Below, one piece after another: positions 59,830 to 64,000 of a stretch of DNA of 64,000 nucleotides. The stretch comes from an uncultured bacterium. GTDB taxonomy: Bacteria; Chloroflexota; UBA5177; JANWHV01. The stretch covers positions 1,088,001 through 1,152,000 of the forward strand of contig CAVSOU010000010.1 in the NCBI GenBank assembly GCA_963729625.1. The letters are read 5' to 3'. Each line of letters starts with the position of its first letter. Position 1 is the stretch's first letter. The translations under genes and the position numbers were made by a program. The notes under the pieces are model-generated. The model saw nothing but the letters and a program-made list of their open reading frames with translations. It did no database searches and had not been told where the DNA came from.

Positions 59830-59944
59830 AAATGGCGATGTCCATCCTGGCTCGGAGGCGCCCAGGGTCACACTCCAGGGTGGATGCGGCGGGATGGTTG
59901 CGTTCTGCGGATTCGGCAGTGATGCCGGTAGGGAGAGCTGAATC

Positions 59945-60949
59945 ATGAAGAAGATCATTAACGAACCCATGGCGGTTGTCGACGAGATGCTCCAGGGCTT
60001 GTTGCTCGCGCACCCCAGCTCACTCCGTGCTGCCGGAACTCCGCGCGCGATAGTGCGTGCCGACGCCCCGCTCAAGGGAAAGGTAGCTTTGGCCACGGGG
60101 GGCGGCTCGGGCCACCTTCCGGTGTTCCTCGGCTATGTCGGCAAGGGCCTGCTTGACGGATGCGCTGTCGGCAATGTCTTTGCCTCGCCGAGCGCGGAAG
60201 TGATGCTCGATGTCACGAAAGCGATCGATGGCGGTAAGGGCGTGCTGTACATTTACGGCAACTATGGCGGCGATGTGATGAACTTTGACATGGCCGCCGA
60301 GATGGCTTCCCTGGAGGACATCGAAGTGCGAACCGTGTTGGTGGCCGACGACGTCGCTTCTGCGCCGCCCGGCGACGCACGGAGACGGCGCGGCGTGGCA
60401 GGCATGGTTTTTGCCTTCAAGGTCGCCGGCGCCTGCGCCGCGGCCGAACGTTCTCTCGATGAAGTGGAACGGGTGACACGCCACGCACTCGCCAGCACGC
60501 GTACAATGGGTGTCGCCCTGTGGCCCTGCACTATTCCTGCCGCCGGCGTCCCCACCTTCACTATCGGAGACGACGAGATGGAGATCGGTATGGGCATCCA
60601 CGGTGAGCCGGGCGTGCGCCGAGGCAAGCTCGAGCCCGCTGACTCCATCGCCGATCGACTGTTTGACGCCACCGCAGCCGAGCTTGCGCTCGACAATGGC
60701 AGCCGTGTGGCCGTAATGGTCAACGGTCTCGGCGCCACGCCGCCCGAAGAACTGTATATCCTCTATCGAAGGGTCCACCAGCGACTTGCGCAGGCAGGCG
60801 TCGGCGTCCACCGTGCCTACGTCGGTGAGTTCGCGACTTCCATGGAAATGGGCGGAGCGTCGGTCACGCTGTTGCGATTGGACGACGAGCTTACCCACTG
60901 GCTTGACGTACCGGCTGAGTCGCCATTCTTCATCCAGAATGCGCGTTGA
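59945..60949 (+). CDS. dhaK: Dihydroxyacetone kinase family subunit K
   Basis: [39 protein letters not shown] and TSMEMGG motifs. Confidence 0.92.
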   Translation: MKKIINEPMAVVDEMLQGLLLAHPSSLRAAGTPRAIVRADAPLKGKVALATGGGSGHLPVFLGYVGKGLLDGCAVGNVFASPSAEVMLDVTKAIDGGKGVLYIYGNYGGDVMNFDMAAEMASLEDIEVRTVLVADDVASAPPGDARRRRGVAGMVFAFKVAGACAAAERSLDEVERVTRHALASTRTMGVALWPCTIPAAGVPTFTIGDDEMEIGMGIHGEPGVRRGKLEPADSIADRLFDATAAELALDNGSRVAVMVNGLGATPPEELYILYRRVHQRLAQAGVGVHRAYVGEFATSMEMGGASVTLLRLDDELTHWLDVPAESPFFIQNAR

Positions 60950-60979
60950 GCGAGGCAGCGGCCTGAAGGAGGAATCGCA

Positions 60980-61630
60980 GTGAACGAGACGCTCTCCCCT
61001 GCCCAGATCCGTGACGCTATCGCCGCGATGGCCGTGGCGCTTATCGCCCACGCCGATGAGCTCAATGCCCTCGACGCGGCTCTTGGCGATGGCGACCTTG
61101 GGATCACGATGCGCCTCGGTTGCCAGGCGGTGCTCGACGATCTGGCGGGGCAGGCGGACGCAGATGTCTCGGTGACCTGCACACGCTCAGGCATGGCGTT
61201 CAACCGGACAGCAGCCTCCACCATGGGGGCCCTGATCGCCACTGCCGGCATGCGTGCCGGGAAAGAGGCAAAGGGCGCCGGCGCCATCGACCTTGCCCTT
61301 CTGGCACGCATGGTGACAGCGTGTGAAGCCGGCATACGCGAGCGAGGCAAGGCACAACTGGGTGACAAGACGCTTCTTGACGCGCTAATCCCGGCCGCGG
61401 AAGCGTTGCAGCAGGCGGCCGCTGAGGGGGTCGGGTTCACGGAGGCAGGACGGCGTGCGCTCCTGGCGGCGCGACAGGGCTGCGCGGCGACGATTCCCAT
61501 GCGCGCAAAGGTTGGCCGCGCTAACTGGGTGGGCGACCGCACTGTCGGCCATGTGGACGCCGGAGCGACCGCGCTGGTGACTGCAGTGGCTGCACTCGTC
61601 GAGCCAGAGGTGGGCGCTCCGCCAGCGTAA
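60980..61630 (+). CDS. dhaL: Dihydroxyacetone kinase family subunit L
   Basis: [23 protein letters not shown] and DAGA motifs. Confidence 0.92.
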   Translation: MNETLSPAQIRDAIAAMAVALIAHADELNALDAALGDGDLGITMRLGCQAVLDDLAGQADADVSVTCTRSGMAFNRTAASTMGALIATAGMRAGKEAKGAGAIDLALLARMVTACEAGIRERGKAQLGDKTLLDALIPAAEALQQAAAEGVGFTEAGRRALLAARQGCAATIPMRAKVGRANWVGDRTVGHVDAGATALVTAVAALVEPEVGAPPA

Positions 61631-61666
61631 AGCGGCCGAAGGCTCGACCGGCGGTTAAGGGGTTAA

Positions 61667-61716
61667 GGGGCGCCGTTATCGGTGCCGGAGGTCATGGAGA
61701 CACCTATCGGCGCCCC
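61667..61716. terminator. Imperfect hairpin between convergent genes
   Basis: GGGGCGCCG...CGGCGCCCC arms with an inner GGTG/CACC pairing; no U-tract. Confidence 0.4.
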
Positions 61717-61734
61717 GTGAGCCGAAGGCCGGTG

Positions 61735-62882
61735 TCACTCGCACCGGAGAGGATAGCGCCCAGCGGTGTTGGCTTCGTCGAGCATAGCGTGCACGTTCTC
61801 CACCGGGACGTCCGGCTGGATGCAGTGCACGGCTGCCAGAATGTAGCCGCCACCCTGTCCCAGGTCGCAGATTCGTCGGCGCACCTCGCGGCGCACGTCC
61901 TCAGGCGTGCCGAAAGGAAGGACGGTTTGCGTGTCAATGGCGCCGCAGAAGGAGAGCTTGTCGCCAAACTGCCGTTTCAGGCGGGCGGTGTCGCCCATTT
62001 GGCGCGCCGATACTTGCACCGGGTTGAGCAGATCCACGCCGATGTCGATGAAGTCGCCGATCAATGGGAACACATTGCCGTCGGAATGGTAGAAGATCTT
62101 GGCGTCCGTCTTCTGCTTGATGGCAGCGATCAGGCGGGCATGATGGGGCTTGATCAGCGCGCGGTACAGGCTCGGAGAAATCAGCGGCCCATGCTGGCTG
62201 GCCTGGTCGTCGGCCATGACCAGCACGTCAACGTACTCGCCCCACTTCGTCCAAGGAGTGCCTCAACGCCGGCAAGCATCAGGTCCGTGACCAATCCAAG
62301 CAGCGCGCGAGCGAACTCGAGGTTCTCGACAAGATCCACGAGCCATGTGTCGAGGCCGCGCAAACCCCAGATCTGCTCGATGGGATTCACGCCGCTTAGC
62401 GCTACCACCGCGAAGCCCTGCCGGCGCACGGCGTCTGCTTCCGCGGCCAGGCCTGCGAAACGACTGGCGTGGGCAAGGTCGGGCCAGGGGTACGGCGCAA
62501 GATCGCTCAGCGTGGCGCGGCGTAATGGACAATCGGCGATCTCGTAGTAGAGCGTCCCCGGCTTCATCCGCCATGTCGTGCCCCATTCGTCCACCAATGT
62601 GTGTTGATCGATCTCCTGGCGCAGCGTGGAGGGCGCAGGGCCCGGCAGGAGTGGTCTGCCGTCGACCCCGTAGCGGAGCATGACTTCTTCATCCAATCGG
62701 GCGTACTGCATGGTCCTGGAGAGCAGCCTGGGCGCGCTCCTGACGCCAAGATAGTCCGCGAAGCGCGCGTAGCCGGGGACCAGCATCGTGGTGGCGCCAG
62801 TCGTGCCAAAGAAGATGGGCACGCGATCCGGCTCTTCATGATTCAGTGCACACAGCACTCGCTCTCGCGGTGTCATGGCCAT
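61735..62882 (-). pseudogene. URO-D/MtaA-CmuA family protein (7), frameshifted near 62240-62255
   Basis: The N-half (MTPRERV...PDRVP, DEWG) and C-half (DDQASQ, HSDG, NPVQ, GAIDTQ, AVHCIQ) are in different frames. Removing one T and one G restores LLDEVGEYVDVL. Confidence 0.85.
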
Positions 62883-63102
62883 AGCGTCCTCCTCCATACG
62901 GCGCGAGGGAGGGAAACGTCCACCGTGCCAGTGCCACACCCATCAACACTGATGCCTCGTTGATGGCGATCGGGATAGTCGTCCTGGCGGTTCGCCCAGT
63001 ACGTCTGCCAGGTCACCTGTCCTGGCGCGAACCGCATCGGGTTCCTCCCCTGGCGGAACGCGATCGGCAGCTGAAACGGCCATCGATCGAACAGCATAAC
63101 CG

Positions 63103-63122
63103 GTCAACTGTCAGTAGTATAC
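63103..63122. promoter_or_regulatory. Candidate autoregulatory operator GTCAAC-T-GTCAGT-A-GTATAC upstream of gntR
   Basis: Three hexamers at 7-bp period, about 95 nt before the GntR ATG. Confidence 0.6.
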
Positions 63123-63216
63123 AATGATGATCGGATCTGGCACATAGGGTGCGGGAGCGACGAGTTACCCTCGGGCGTCGACGCGTTCAGATGTGTGAAA
63201 CGGAGGTACGCGAAGG

Positions 63217-63996
63217 ATGTTGAGTGCCACCAGGCTTGAGATCGTACATGTCCAGGCGCTCTGGGAACGTGTGGCCGCAACCTTGCGACGCGCCATCGTG
63301 CTGGGCGAATTTGCCCCTGGCGACCGCCTCAAAGAGCCGTCACTGGCCAAGCAGTTTGGCGTCAGCAGGCTTCCCATACGCGAGGCGATCACGCAGCTTG
63401 AACGCGAGGGTCTCGTGCGCAGCGAACCGAGGCGGGGCGCTTACGCCGTCGGCGTGACGCAACAGGATATCGCGGACATCTACGAGTGCCGGCTGACGCT
63501 CGAGACGCTCGCCATCCAGCGCGCAGCCATGCGTGTGACTCCCGACGAAGCCGCCGATCTGTATCGCGATATCGCGGAGATGGAAGACGGTGTATCGACC
63601 GGCCGGGTCGGCGCTTTTGCCGCGGCCGACATGGAGTTTCACCGCGCGCTCATTGTGCTGTCCGGCAACCGAGCGCTGCGCAGCGCGTGGGAGCCTCTGG
63701 CGCCACTTATCGAGACCACGCTGGATATTGCCGACACCAGCGTCGAGGATATCTTCAAGGCCATAGCCGGCCACCGCCCAATTGTGGAGGCCCTTGAGCG
63801 CCACGATCCCGCTACCGCCAAGGCGCTCCTGTACGACCACCTCGCCGGCGGTGAAGGAATCACTCTCGCAGCGATACTGAGCAAAGCGATTGCTCCGTCA
63901 AAGCGCAAGAGAGCCACGCCTCGGCAGGGTGCAGCGCAGCATCCAGCCGGTCCCGCGTTGACCGTACGCGCGGCATCAGACACCCAGACGCAATAA
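63217..63996 (+). CDS. GntR family regulator with FCD domain (VanR-like)
   Basis: PGDRLKEPSLAKQFGVSRLPIREAI, PRRGA, YECRLTLE, DMEFH, SGN and H-x-x-I motifs. Confidence 0.93.
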   Translation: MLSATRLEIVHVQALWERVAATLRRAIVLGEFAPGDRLKEPSLAKQFGVSRLPIREAITQLEREGLVRSEPRRGAYAVGVTQQDIADIYECRLTLETLAIQRAAMRVTPDEAADLYRDIAEMEDGVSTGRVGAFAAADMEFHRALIVLSGNRALRSAWEPLAPLIETTLDIADTSVEDIFKAIAGHRPIVEALERHDPATAKALLYDHLAGGEGITLAAILSKAIAPSKRKRATPRQGAAQHPAGPALTVRAASDTQTQ

Positions 63997-64000
63997 CTCG

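Noticed and set aside
61652-61670. GGTTAAGG tandem repeat resembling a telomere-like or CRISPR repeat
   Set aside because: Only two adjacent copies with no spacers and no cas genes.

Overview
GC-rich bacterial window. The lineage is not determinable from sequence alone; the gene repertoire resembles a Chloroflexota-like soil organism (inference). From 1 to 9.5 kb: a copper locus (membrane protein ending in an RPPP motif, then copC, then a copC-copD fusion missed by the ORF track), an L-asparaginase II, a four-gene group 3b [NiFe] hydrogenase, and a convergent cNMP-binding protein. From 9.6 to 64 kb: one large catabolic island. It holds two sugar ABC transporters, a CocE/NonD hydrolase, a cytochrome P450, seven near-full-length URO-D/MtaA-fold proteins plus a fragment, five D-2-hydroxyacid dehydrogenases, four SDRs, two enolase-superfamily dehydratases, two DapA-like aldolases, UxaE, a transaldolase-like protein, ALDH, FAH, a LarA-like protein, Ldh_2, M24, DhaKL and two GntR regulators. 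Main findings: (1) a GroES-less chaperonin paralogue whose catalytic Asp398 position is Arg and whose GDGTTT motif is altered, in an operon with metabolic genes; (2) a recurring tandem (GTNNAC-W)n motif at ten intergenic sites, usually overlapping sigma70 -35/-10 elements, suggesting one 52-kb regulon; (3) an array of URO-D-like enzymes with varied metal ligands and no corrinoid partner in the window; (4) a candidate copper-sensing ribosome-arrest leader protein. Several gene remnants and frameshifts indicate decay or sequencing error. No rRNA, tRNA, CRISPR array or transposase was recognised. All functional calls come from motif recognition by eye, with no database searches.
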